Below, one piece after another: positions 12,974 to 25,845 of a stretch of 64,000 bases of DNA. The DNA lies in assembly GCF_009914755.1 (NCBI RefSeq), contig NC_060930.1; one strand, written 5' to 3'. Position numbers and translations under genes: made by a program. Source of the stretch: the human T2T-CHM13v2.0 reference genome, Homo sapiens. Every line of letters begins with the position of its first letter. Within the stretch, counting starts at the first letter, position 1. A model generated the notes under the pieces. The model had not been told where the DNA came from and did not search any database. It saw only the letters and a list, made by a program, of their open reading frames with translations.

Positions 12974-14672
12974 TTTAGATATTGTTTACCTTCAACTCTG
13001 TAGCCACAAAAAGTGTATACTGAAAAAAGACTGAAAGCAAAACAAAATATTGACATGAGTCAACAGGTGAAAGGATTATAGGTGAGTTTTGTTTGCTTGT
13101 TTATGTTTTTCTACATTGAGCATGTATTACTTTTATAATAGAGAAACAATAAGCACTGTTTGAAAAACAAATAGATAAAGCTGGAGAAAGCCCTGAACTG
13201 TGTACATTTATGCCCGAACTAGAAATGCTCCCAGAAATATTAAATCGGTAGAAATAATAAGCTTCCCCTACACATAAAGTTACAAGGGAATATAACAAGC
13301 AAACTTTGTTTTCTGTTTTTTTTAAAAAAAAAAAAAAGTATTAGAAAATTGTGACTTTTTCAAATGGTCAATGAATTCTGCTTTTTAAAAGTTGTTGTAA
13401 AGGCATTTCTTTGAATCCAAACTGCTGATGTATATATTAACTTCCTAGCCAGCAGACAAAACACAGGGCCGCTCTCAGTCAGTTTGTTACTGAACTTGTT
13501 TTCAATGTGGTACTGTGCCTAGTTTTATTTTTTGTATGTGTTAAAAATAAAGACATTGTGCATTCTTAAACTACCACATATCACTATTCCCTGTGGAGAG
13601 AAATTCAGGAAAAGGCAGGTTAGTGCTGAACATTTGCTCAAGTGGATTCATAAATAAAAGCCCTAAGCACCTATGCATGGGGCATGTTATTTATAAGGAG
13701 GTCTTAAGCATTAATCTCAATATGGCAAAGCTTCACTAAATCGTTTCTCACTATATAGTATTTGGAGCTTTGATGCACTCCTAAAAACGTGAAATGTTTA
13801 AATTCGATCATAAAATTATGTTAAGCAAAGAATTAAATTACGCTTATGATTTGTTAAATTTTTAAACACATAAGCAATAAAGAAATAGCATGATAACAGT
13901 AAATATTGTTAAACCTTTACTATGGGCCTAGTACTATGCAAACTACCATATGTGGACTATCTTCTAAATGCTCAAGACACTTTACAAAATGGTACTATCA
14001 TCTCCAGATGACGAACCTGAGGTGCAAATATCCCAGTAAAATGGTCCTTGTGTCACTCAGTCCCCACACCAGGATCTGCTTAGTAGAGTAGATGTTATCA
14101 TGGTTCCCTCTGCCTTTCTATTCATCTCAATGCAAATTAGCAGAGAACAGAGTTACAAGTGCACAGAGACTATGGGCCTCCTGCCCCATTGTAGACTCTG
14201 CACCCCTCCAGGAGACGGCAGCAAGCAGACATTGCTCCTCTGTGGCCCCGTTGTCTGTCACCAGGTCCTTTTTCTCTGGTCCTGCCCATCTCCCAGCCCC
14301 CTGAGATGTGAATGATAAGGGAGAGGGATGTGGCACTGCCACAACATCAGGAAAAGGGTCTTTTCCTCTTTGTTCCCCAAAACCTCACCAACCCCAACTA
14401 CTGCAGAAAAAGTAAGTCCAATTAGTGAAAAGCTTAACTCCAGAACACTTCTCAAATACTGCAATTGTACTATGCATGAAGGAACTTGAAATACACTTTA
14501 TAAGTACTAAGCAATACTTGATAGCAGGACTTACAGGATGTCTTATAATCATATTCTGCTGAGTCACTTGAACTAACATTAGTTCTTTGTAAGACTGCAC
14601 ACAAATAGCTTTATTTTAAGGCAATGGGTTCCCTGCTTCTGCTCTTGCCCCTCAACACAAGGACCAGAGTGA

Positions 14673-14988
14673 TTTTTTTTAATTTTTAATTTTTTTTTTT
14701 TTTTTGAGACAGAGTCTCGCTCTGTCTCCCAGGCTGGAGTACAGTGGTGCAATCTCGGCTCACTGCAACCTCCGTCACCTGGGTTCAAGCAATTCTCATG
14801 CCTCCACCTCCAGAATAGCTGGGATTACAGGTATACGCTACCATGCCCAGCTAATTTTTTGTATTTTTAGTAGAGATGGGGTTTTGCCATGTTGGAAAGA
14901 CTGCTCTCAAACTCCTGGCCTCAAGTGATCCACCCGCCTCCGCCTCCCAAAGTCCTGAGATTACAGGTGTGAGCCACCATGCCTGGTC
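14673..14988 (-). mobile_element. AluS (Sx/Sz-like)
   Basis: Reverse-complement dimer with poly-T. Confidence 0.92.
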
Positions 14989-15075
14989 AACGTGATTCTT
15001 TTTAAAAGATAGATCATGTATCTGCTCAAAACAATCCAATGGCCTCCATCTAGCTCAAAATAAAAGGCAAAATCA

Positions 15076-15235
15076 GGCAGAGTGCAGTGGCTCATGCCTG
15101 TAATCCCAGCATTTTGGGAGGCAAGGGCAGGAGGATTGCTTGAGCCCAAGGGGAACAAGGTCATAGTGAGCTATGTTCATGCCACTGCACTCTAGCCTGA
15201 GTGACATAGCAAGACCCTGTCTCTAAAAAAAAAAA
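15076..15235 (+). mobile_element. Alu monomer (FRAM-like or left/right-arm hybrid)
   Basis: 160-bp monomer with poly-A; TSD AAAGGCAAAATC/AAAGGCCAAAGTC. Confidence 0.8.
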
Positions 15236-15484
15236 GGCCAAAGTCCTTACCATGGCCTAAAGTCCCTCATAGATCACTGGGGAGACCTTTAAAGCCAGAG
15301 ACTGTGAGTCAGGGCCTGGGCTAGAGGCCTCAAAAAGCTCAACAGGTGTTTCCCACATGCAGCCACGTGGAGAATCACAGTCCTGCCTGACCTGACCTCA
15401 TTTTCCAACTCTCTCTTCACCCAGTCCACTCCAGCCACTGGGCCCCTTGCTGGGTCTATGCCCGGAAACTACACACCTCACTGC

Positions 15485-16098
15485 TGTTGATGAAAAAAGT
15501 CAAACTCTGTAAAATATTTGAAAAGATTTATTCTGAGCCAAATATGAGTAACCAATGGCCTGTGACACAACTCTCAGGAGGGCCTGAGAACATGCGCCTA
15601 AGTTGGTCGGGCTACAACTTGGTTTTATACATTTTAGGAAGACATAAGACATCAATCAATGCATGTAAGATGGACATTGGTTCTGTCCGGAAAGAAGGAA
15701 CAACTGGAAACATGTGGGGTGTGGGCGTGGGGGGCACAGTGGCAGCAGGGAGTTCCAGGTCATAGGTGGTTGGCAGTTGGTTATTATCTAAAGACCTGGA
15801 ATCAAGAGAAAGGAATGTCTGGTCATGATAAGGGGTTGTGGAGACCAAGATTTTATCATGGAGATGAAGCCTCCAGGTAGCAGGTTTCAGAGAGAAAAGA
15901 TTGTACATGTTTCTTATTAGACTTTAAAAGAGCCTGTTCTGTCAGTCTTAAGTTCTCTGTGATGATGTTAATGCTGGTCAGCTATGAGGCATGTCCAACT
16001 TCCACTTCCCACCATGGCCTGAACTAGTTTTTCAGGTTAACTTTGGAATTCCCTTGTCTGAGAGGAGAAGTCCATTCAGATGGTGGAGAGGCTTAACA
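15485..16098 (-). mobile_element. MER4-family ERV1 solo LTR
   Basis: Reverse complement of MER4 text (TATTTTACAGAGTTTGAC...TCAACA; AAAGTTAACCTGAAAAACTAGTTCAGGCCATG); 4-bp TSD CTGC at 15481-15484 and 16099-16102. Confidence 0.85.
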
Positions 16099-16371
16099 CT
16101 GCTTTTGCAGGAACCCATGGCTCATCCCTCGCTCTTGCAGGTCTTTGCTCAAATGTCATCTTTTCAGAGGATGCATACCTAACCACCCTCTGCACCCTTC
16201 ACCCCGCACATTCTCTATTTTCCCTGTTTTTCTCAATAACAATTATCACCATCCTATAGATTTACTAATTTTTAATTATATTTCCTGCCCCACTCTACTT
16301 CACTAGAATGTAAACTCCACAAAGGCAGAAATCCTTGTCCCTTCTGCTTTCCTATATATCCCAACAGACTA

Positions 16372-16695
<324 letters not shown>

Positions 16696-17180
16696 GAAGA
16701 AGAGTATATAGTATTTAGTAGAGGCTAAATAACTGGCTGTTGAACGAATGAATTATTTCAGTTTCTTCACCTTCTTTACATTAAAAATTTACAGGGTAAA
16801 CCCTATTTTCATAGCTAAAACAAAGTTATACTTCAGCCTACTCCCTGTTTGACAGTTTATCACAAACTACAAAATAATGGGATGTAAATTGAAAAGTTTT
16901 TCTTCTATTTGGGGTTTTGTTCCAATTGGTTAAAATCAAACACAAGCCCTGAGTTCCTGCTTTAGGCAGAACACCACATAGTGAACTCTTGTTTATTTGG
17001 AATGATTGGGGAGAACATAATCTGGGATCTGAAAAAGAGGACATACATTTATAATCCAAGATTGCTGAATTTCAAAAAATTGGACTACAACATGAAAGAG
17101 TTCACATTTTCTTTGATTATTCAGAAAACACTTCAGAATTTTACTGTGACTGGATGTCATCAGTAGAAATATTATTTTAA

Positions 17181-17398
17181 GCCGGGCACAGTGGTGCCTG
17201 CCTGTAGTCCCAGCTACTCCAGAGGCTAAGGTGAGAGGATCGCTTGAGCACAAGAGATCTGGGCCATAGTGCTCTAAACCGATCAGGTGTCTGCACTAAG
17301 TTTGGCATCCATATGGTGACCTCCCTGGAGCAGAGAACCACCAGGTTGCCTAAGGAGGGGTGAACCTACCCAGGCTGGAAATGAAGCAGGTCAAAACT
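17181..17398 (+). pseudogene. RN7SL234P: 7SL (SRP) RNA pseudogene, 3'-truncated (about nt 1-218 of 7SL)
   Basis: Contains the 7SL S-domain that Alu lacks (GCACTAAGTTTGGCATCCATATGGTGACCTCCC...CCACCAGGTTGCCTAAGGAGGGGTGAACC...GCAGGTCAAAACT) with CpG decay. The 7SL call is firm; the pseudogene number is recalled from the presumed TAB2 locus and needs checking. Confidence 0.92.
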
Positions 17399-17406
17399 GT
17401 CACACC

Positions 17407-17716
<310 letters not shown>

Positions 17717-19938
17717 ACTATATACATTATTTTAGATTTCTAGGAGAATGAGTACTAATCACAGTGATGTTGCTGGTCATATAAATAGTAGAAGACATGG
17801 TGCCAACCCTTGAAAATTTATAGTCTAGCTATGAAGACAGATCATAAGAACTAAATAATTAGAAAAGTTATAAAGCAACATACCAATGAACATTCATTAA
17901 AATTTTTGCAAATTAAGACCTAAATGAGAAACTTCATAAAGGAGTAATCTTAGAAGCCTTCCAGAGATGTGATCAGGGACTGGGTTTTGCAGAATGTAAG
18001 TATAAGAATGTTAAGCAGATTGATTCACTAGACAGAGGCATAATGCCTCTGATTAGTACAATGCTCTGTAAAGAGTAAATGGTTTAGTACATATTTTACA
18101 ACAAAAACTGACTCCCCTCATTTTCCAGTGACTTGGAGCATCAGAAAAAAACTCTTTCATAATCAGGAGTGCATGTGAACTAAACAAGTCAAGATAAAAA
18201 GCACAGCTTTAGAATGAGTGATTGATGCAATTAAAATTATTAGTAAGCAACAGATTGGCTGTAAAGTAACAAGTTTAAACAATGAGACTACACCAGCAAG
18301 CATTTCTAGAATTTCTCCTTACTTTGAAAAAGAGAATAAAATAAACTTTGAAAAAGGGAATGAAAGAAATTGTTTTAAATGGAAGAAGAACCAGTCGTTA
18401 AATTTTATTTTTGAAAAAACACTGAACTATGTTGTTGACAGGATTCAAATAGGTAAATTAAGGAGCATAAAAATGACATATAGAATGTCATAAAGATGAC
18501 ATATGTCAAAAAATGACATAAAGAAATCCAGCATATTTTTGATTTGGAACAAAAGCACCCCTGAAGTTTCTAAAATTAATATACTCTACCTTAGTTAAGC
18601 AACAATGAGCTTTCTCGGGAGTTTTTTCATAGCTAACCGTATGACCAATTTCTTTAATGTTCTTAATCTTAATTAAATTCCTTTGTTTTTCATTAATAAA
18701 AGTACCATATAACCTAATCTAATTATAAAATTTTTTCATTGTTACTCCATATATGAGGACTGAATTAAAATTCTTTGGCCAGATGAATAAATTAATTTTT
18801 CCAGGTACGTATCTTCACTAGTTTTCCTGATTGAAATGTTGGCAAGTTGGGAGTTTCCCGTTGAGCTTTGCTTCCCGTGAAAACAACCATGAGAACTCCA
18901 GAAATGGCCTTCTCAGGCCAGGCTTCGTGACTTTCAGGCCTTTGGTTAGAGGGGCCCAATAATGGCAATACATTAGAAAACTTCTGATTTCTTCCTCTTT
19001 TTAGAATTGTTGAGAGAGAAATGTGGGGGGAAGTGTAAATGGAATTATTTCATTTAGAAAAAAATCATTGAGTATAAAATGTTCTGAAATTTTTTATTCT
19101 CTGTAATATAGTATAAATTTGTTTTATATAAATCTACCATCTGATTCAGGATGATTAGTAATCTACCTCTTTTTATCCTTGAGAGAAGGCTGGAAAGTGC
19201 AATTGAAATTTTTCTCTTTTTGAGTCATCTCCAGTAAGCTGTCATTAATTCACGTCTTATGTGTGTTGCTATTGTTTATTTGCATGGGTTTTCTGGTTTC
19301 AAAATAGAACTGGTCTGAGATGCAGCTGTCCTGGCTTGTTGTTTGAATCTTTGCACATTCCAATAGCATTTTCCGCTGGAATGTTGAATTTAATGAATGA
19401 AAGACCAGATGTTCCAGGTACATTCAGCCTGGGTAGAAAAGGGCATAAATGACAGGGTCCCAGTGCCTTTTCAGATAGTTAATAAATTAGCATTCATGTT
19501 AACTCTTCAAAAAATGTCCCCCTAAATGTAAGCTTAACATGTTCTGTTGAAGTGAAATTTATGATATCTTCCAAAATGTTGTTGGATCACTTCACAGATA
19601 ATACAACCTCATTTACATCATCTGATAATATGAAAAGAACCATCATAGAAGCAGCTATTCTGCTATAACATAATAATTTAATTACTATGAAACCTCAATT
19701 GATCCAATATATAATGTTATAAAAAATTTGTTTCAATGGTGAAAAGGCAGATAGAGACTAGAGAGTATCAAACACTCAGTAGCAAAGTTATTTTCCCTGA
19801 AAAAAAATTAATAGAAGATTTTTAAAGTTATAAGTGAAGAGCTAAAAAAAACCCTAAGAATTGCTGTATAAATCCAGTATCTGATTATATCTGACTTTGC
19901 TAGAGAGTAATGGCCTTTATTTTGTTTTAGTCAGTAGC

Positions 19939-20348
19939 TATGTTAGTTTGCTAGGGATGCCATAACAGTACCACAGACTGGGGTCACTTAAACAACAGAA
20001 ATGTATTTTCTCACAATCCTGGAGGCTGGAAGTCTGAGATCAAGGTCTTGGTAGGATTGGTTCCTACTGAAGGCTTTGAGGAAAGGATGTGTTCCAGACC
20101 TCCTTCCTTGGCTTGTAGATGGCGTCTTCTCCCCGTATCTTCACATGGTCTTCCCTCTGTGCCCATTTGTGTTCAAATTTTTTCTTCTCAGGACACCAAT
20201 TATATTGGGTTAAGGTCTATTCTAATGGCCTCATTTTAACTTTACTTCTTTGAAAAGACCGTATCTTTAAATACAGTCACATTCTGAGATACTGAGGGTT
20301 AGGACTTCAACCTATGAATTTTGGAGGAACACAATTTAGCCTATAACA
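19939..20348 (-). mobile_element. MLT1 (MLT1A/B-like) MaLR solo LTR
   Basis: Reverse-complement MLT1 text: TTAGTTTGCTAGGG..CCATAACA..TTCTCACA..CTGGAGGCTGGAAGTCTGAGATCAAGGT...ACAATTTAGCCTATAACA. Confidence 0.85.
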
Positions 20349-20899
20349 CCAGTGCTATAAATGGCTTCTAATATGCTTTGAGCATCTGCTCTTTTCATAA
20401 GCAAAGTAAAACATCTGCTTTGGTTAAATTATAGCTTCTTCCTCCTATCTAATTCCACGGTCATGTATAGTTTTGTATCACTTTATAACCAATAGCACAT
20501 CATATAATGTAAATTATGTTCCCAAACAAATGGATTACTTTATGAACAACTATCATTAAATTGAATGCCATAAAAAGATACCTACAAACTGGAAAGGCAC
20601 AGTAGACCTGGGTTCTGGTGCAAATTCTCCCACTGGCCAGCTTTGTGACTCAACTTCTCTGAAGTTTAGTTTTCCTCACAGAATTGTGACAATCAAATAA
20701 GATCATTATTGTAAGAGTGCCTTGAAAAACCATAAAATGTTATGAAAATATAAGGCTGTTAAAACACTTTTAGTGTGAAATATAACACACAGGTAAAGAA
20801 AAAGACACAGTCATATCACGTAAATTACAGTTTTATTTCTTCTTTCCAGTCATTTTACTTTTATGTCTCCTTCTCACCTTACTGTACTGCCAAAACCTC

Positions 20900-22440
20900 C
20901 CATACGCAGTTGAATAGAGTTTTCATCTTGAGTGGAGGTTATGGTGGACACCTAAAACAGGGTCAAGATTCTCTGGAAGAATTTGTGAGAGACCTGATTT
21001 CTTTCATAAATGTTTAGTAGAGCTGCCAGTGAAGCTATCTAGGCCTTTACTTGGCCCCATTATCTCTCCTTTGAAGATAATCTGTCTTTTTTTCTGTACT
21101 AAGACTTCTTTTGTCATTGGTTTTCTACTGTTTCACTACAGTGGGTTCTAAGTAAGGATTTCTTTTTGGTTTTTCGTTTTGTTTTGTTTTGTTTAATTTA
21201 CCCGGTTTGAGATTTACTGGTCATCTGTAATCTGTGAATTGTTATCTTTCATGGCTGGAAAATTCTCAGCCATTATCTCTTCAAATATTACCTTTTCCCA
21301 TGTCTCTGTCCCCTCCTTCTGGAACTCCAGTTAAACCTATGTTAGATCTTCACACAGTATCCTTTATGTTTATAATCCTCTTTCATATTGTTTCTATATG
21401 TTGTTTTCAGGATAATTTCTTCTGATATACTTTATAGTTCACTGATTTCATCTTTAGTTGCCTCTAATGTTAAAACTATCTGCTAAGTTCAAAACTTTCA
21501 GTTATGCTTTTAATTTGCTTTTGGTAGTTACATTTGATTATTTGAAATGTGTCATATTTACTCTTCTCTGTTATACTTATCTTTGTGCCTGGTTATCTTT
21601 TTTTCTTCTTCTTTTTTGAGACAGAGTCTTGCTCTGTTGCTTAGGCTGGGGTGCAGTGGCATGATCTCGGCTCACTGCAACCTCTGCCTCCCGGTTCAAC
21701 CAATTCTCCTGCTTCAGCCTCCCGAGCAGCTGGGACTACAGGCGCATACTACTACACCCGGCTAATTTTTGTACTTTTAGTAGAAATGGGGTTTCACCAT
21801 GTTGACCAGGCTTGTCTTGAACTCCTGACCTCGTGATCTGCCCACCTCGGCCTCCCAAAGTGCTGGATTACAGGCATAAGCCATTGCACCAGGCCATGCC
21901 TGGTTATCTTTGATGCATTACACATGCATTTTTAAAAGGATTTATAGGAATAATTTGAGGCTTATAGTGAAGGAACTTTGCTCAAGAAAGGATCTGTGCT
22001 TGCTCCTGCCCGTGAGGGTCAGAGGCCGTTCAAACTGACTAGGGGATTTGAACGGAGCTGGTTGTCTTGCTTGTGGTTGACCCCCAGGTTGTAGCCCTTT
22101 GAAGTCTCAGCTTACTGTGAGAGGCATCACTGGTTCAAACCCCACTCTGAGCAAGCTCTGGACTTTGAATTTTGTCTTTCAGGTCCTCAAGCCTGTCAAA
22201 TGAGGGTTCTAATATTAAAGAATTATAAAATGACGTCAATGCAAAAGTGACTTCTTTCTTGCTTTTCTCTGTGGGTTCTCATTTTCCTTCCATGTTTGGC
22301 CTAAAAATGTCTTACTGTCTTGTCATCTCTTCAATATTTCAACAAATGTTTTAAAATGTTATATCCAGCCTTTTTAGTTGTCTTCAGCTGGGGGAAGGAG
22401 AGGGGAAATTGATTTGAATAATTTAGATTAACATTATTGT
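20900..22440 (-). mobile_element. Old L1 fragment (L1M4/M5-type), Alu-interrupted
   Basis: Antisense L1 motifs GGAAAATTCTCAGCCATTATCTCTTCAAATATT and CCTTCTGGAACTCCAGTTA. Confidence 0.6.
21597..21895 (-). mobile_element. AluS (Sg/Sc-like)
   Basis: Reverse dimer; TSD TGCCTGGTTATCTTT. Confidence 0.92.
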
Positions 22441-22877
22441 AAACAGAAAGTTCTCACATAAGTTATTATTAAAGAAAATGGGTGTTAGTTTAGAGGAAAG
22501 GAGAACCAATATGTATTGAGAATATTGTAGGTCAGGACTTCTTTCATTAAATTCTTAAAAAGAATGCTTCAAGGTAGATAGTACTTTTATTTTAAGGAGG
22601 TAAAGCTGAATTCTTCAGAGGTTAACTAGCTAGGCCAAGGTCACCTGACTATTAAGTAATTGGTAGCCTGGCATTGAACACAGATATTTCTAGCACCAAA
22701 TAGCTATTTTCATTATAGCACATTGTTATAATATCTTCTATTTTTTCCCTCTTGTTCTTTTTATTTCGAAAAATTTTAGACCATCAGAGAAGCCTCAAGA
22801 ATAACACAATAAAATCTAGATATTCTTTACTTAGATTCACTAATTGGTAAAATTTCCACAGTTACTTTTTCTCATTC

Positions 22878-22970
22878 ATCCTCTCTCTCTCTCTCTCTCT
22901 CTTTCTTCTCCTCCTCCCTCCTTCCTTCCCTCTCTTCTTCTTTTCCTTTTTCCATCCCTTCCTCCTCCAT
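22878..22970 (+). repeat. (CT)n / pyrimidine-rich low-complexity tract within an antisense L1MC-like fragment
   Basis: CTCTCT run followed by CT-rich degenerate repeats. Confidence 0.8.
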
Positions 22971-23354
22971 TTGATGGTTAGACACGGACACCTTGAGAGT
23001 TCAACCCAATACTTTATCACATATCTTCTAAAAACAAGGCCGTTCTTCTACACCCACAATACAATTATCACTCTGAAGAAAGTAAATATTGATACAATGC
23101 CATTATCAATATAGAATCAATTTTAAATTCAGGATCCAATCAAGGATCACGCATTTCATTTCTTAGTCATATCCATGACTTCTCATTTTAAAAATGAATG
23201 ATTAGACAGATTTGACAAGATACATACACACAAATAATGATTTGGGTAAGAAGAGGAACTCAAACTTTTTAGTTCATACCCTACTGCATTGTTTTAATTT
23301 TTTTCAATTAGCATATTCAATTCATGTAATTTTTAAATACATATATATGCACAC

Positions 23355-23660
<306 letters not shown>

Positions 23661-24173
23661 TAAACCAATATATGTTTTAATGAAGGATCACTTTTTAAAA
23701 TAATTTATGATGTTCATGAAATATTGATATTTCTGCTTAGTATTTTTTCTGATTATACTGCAGGTTCCCTATTTGCTAAAAAATATTTGATTTTCTGGGA
23801 CAATACATTGGATTATGAAAATTCTGAAAACAATTACTTTATATTTCACAATGTCATTATAAATTTAGTCTGTTTTGCCTAAAAAGTAGAGTCACCAACT
23901 TAAAATACTCAAAGAACCCATTAGTACTAAATCACAATTTAATTGAAAAAAAATTAAGCAGTCTTAAAGGATTTCAGGAGATTATATTCAAAGCTACAAT
24001 AGCATTTTGTAGTAAAGTGGCACTAGTCTAGGTATATGAAAATATGCATGCTATTCCTCAGAATGGCATCTTTGGGAAAAGACATATAGTTTTTAAATCA
24101 TTAGAAGAAAAAGAGAAAGAAAAAAATAAAAATAAAATCAGAAAACATTATTTCAAATCAAGACTCCACTATT

Positions 24174-24450
24174 GGCCCAGCCCATGGCTCAGCCACGTGT
24201 AATTCCAGCACTTGGGGAAGCCAAGGTGGGCAATGGCTTGAGCCTGGAGTTTGAGACCAGCCTGGCCAATATAGGGAGACCCCATTTCTACAAAAAATAC
24301 AAAAACTTAACCAGGCGTGGTAGTGCACACCTGCAGCCCTAGCTACCCCGGAGGCTGAGGTGGGAGACTTGCTTGATCCCGGGAGGTCAAGGCTGCGGTA
24401 ATCACACCACAATGACAGAGAGAGACCCTGTCTCAACAACAACAAAAAAA
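24174..24450 (+). mobile_element. AluJ (diverged)
   Basis: Dimer; TSD AAGACTCCACTATT. Confidence 0.88.
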
Positions 24451-25123
24451 GACTCCACTATTTACTACACCTGTAACCTAAAACAGTCATTTAACCTTTT
24501 GAGCTTCAGGTTTTTCTCATTTATAAATTGGAGATTATAGTATTTACTCTTTAAGTTTATTCTAACAAAGAATTAGAATGTGGAAGATATTTTACAAAAT
24601 CTAAGACACACACACATGCACACGCACAAAGAAACGTTAATTTTTCTTATTTCAGACATTAATTCTATAAAATGATATTATATTCTCCCACTTGACAGAA
24701 CCTGTTTGAAAATTTTGAAGATAATCTCAGCTAGAGGGATTAATTCCATAACTGGCAAAGTACATTCCTTCTGCTTATGTTAATTTTGAATTAAAAACAT
24801 GCTTATCTCTATTATTACTATCAATCCTAACTTCTGACTGGGGATTTGCTTAAAGAATCTTTTCATGCTAAATGAATATGGGAGTTATTTTTCTTCCTTG
24901 ACTGCACAACTATTAACCGTTTTATATATTTCATATATAGCAGAAAATGAAAGTATTACAGTGGAAGAGAAAAACTGTGTTAAGAATCTGCCTGATTTTA
25001 GTAGAAAATTTTCATGGTATAGCATTGGCTTGAAATGTTTAATTCTGGTCATGAGACTATAGTAATTACATTAGTGTCTATTGGCCACTGGTCTTATCAG
25101 CAGCCGTTATAATTCACATCAGA

Positions 25124-25423
25124 GGCCGGGTGCAATGGCTCACGCCCGTAATCCCAGCACTTTGGGAGGCTGAGGCAGGCAGATCACTTGAGGCTGGGAG
25201 ATCAAAACCAGCCTGGCCAACATGGTGAAACTCAGTCTCTACTAAAAACACAAAAATTAGCCAGGCGTGGTGGTGCAGGCCTGTAGTCCCAGCTACTCAG
25301 GACGCTGAGGCAAGAGAATCACTTGAACGCAGGAGGGGGAGGCTGCAGTGAGCTGAGATCGCTCTACTGCACTCCAGCCTGAGTGACAGAGAAAGACTCT
25401 GTGTCAAAAAATAATAACAATAA
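25124..25423 (+). mobile_element. AluS (Sx/Sz-like)
   Basis: Dimer; TSD ATAATTCACATCAGA. Confidence 0.92.
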
Positions 25424-25565
25424 TAATTCACATCAGAAAGAAAGTGAATACACCTGATAATGTGGTATAAATTAGGGCAAACCTATTCTATCCTGTACTC
25501 AAGTATTTATTAGATTAAAATGAAGCTAAATAAAGCTAGATAAACTAGATAAAGTTTTTACTACA

Positions 25566-25845
25566 CCAGGGGCAGGGCTCACACCTGTAATCCCAACACT
25601 GGGAGGCGGGGGCAGGAGAATCACTTGAGACTAGGAGTTCGAGACTGGCCTGGGCAACATAGCACAGTTCTACAATTTTTTTTTTTTTTAACTTAGCCGG
25701 CATGGCGGTTCGTACCTGTAGCCCCAGCTACTCTGGAGGTTGAAGCAGGAGGATCACTTGAGCCCAGGAATTTGAGGTTACAACGAGCTATGATTGTGCC
25801 ACTGCACTCTGGGCAACAGAACTAGAACCTGTCTCTAAAAAAGAA
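25566..25845 (+). mobile_element. AluJ with T-rich linker
   Basis: Diverged dimer; middle linker is a T run (~25676-25688). Confidence 0.85.

Noticed and set aside
22231-22238. Perfect CRE palindrome TGACGTCA
   Set aside because: Single 8-mer within old L1-like sequence; about one is expected by chance in a window of this size
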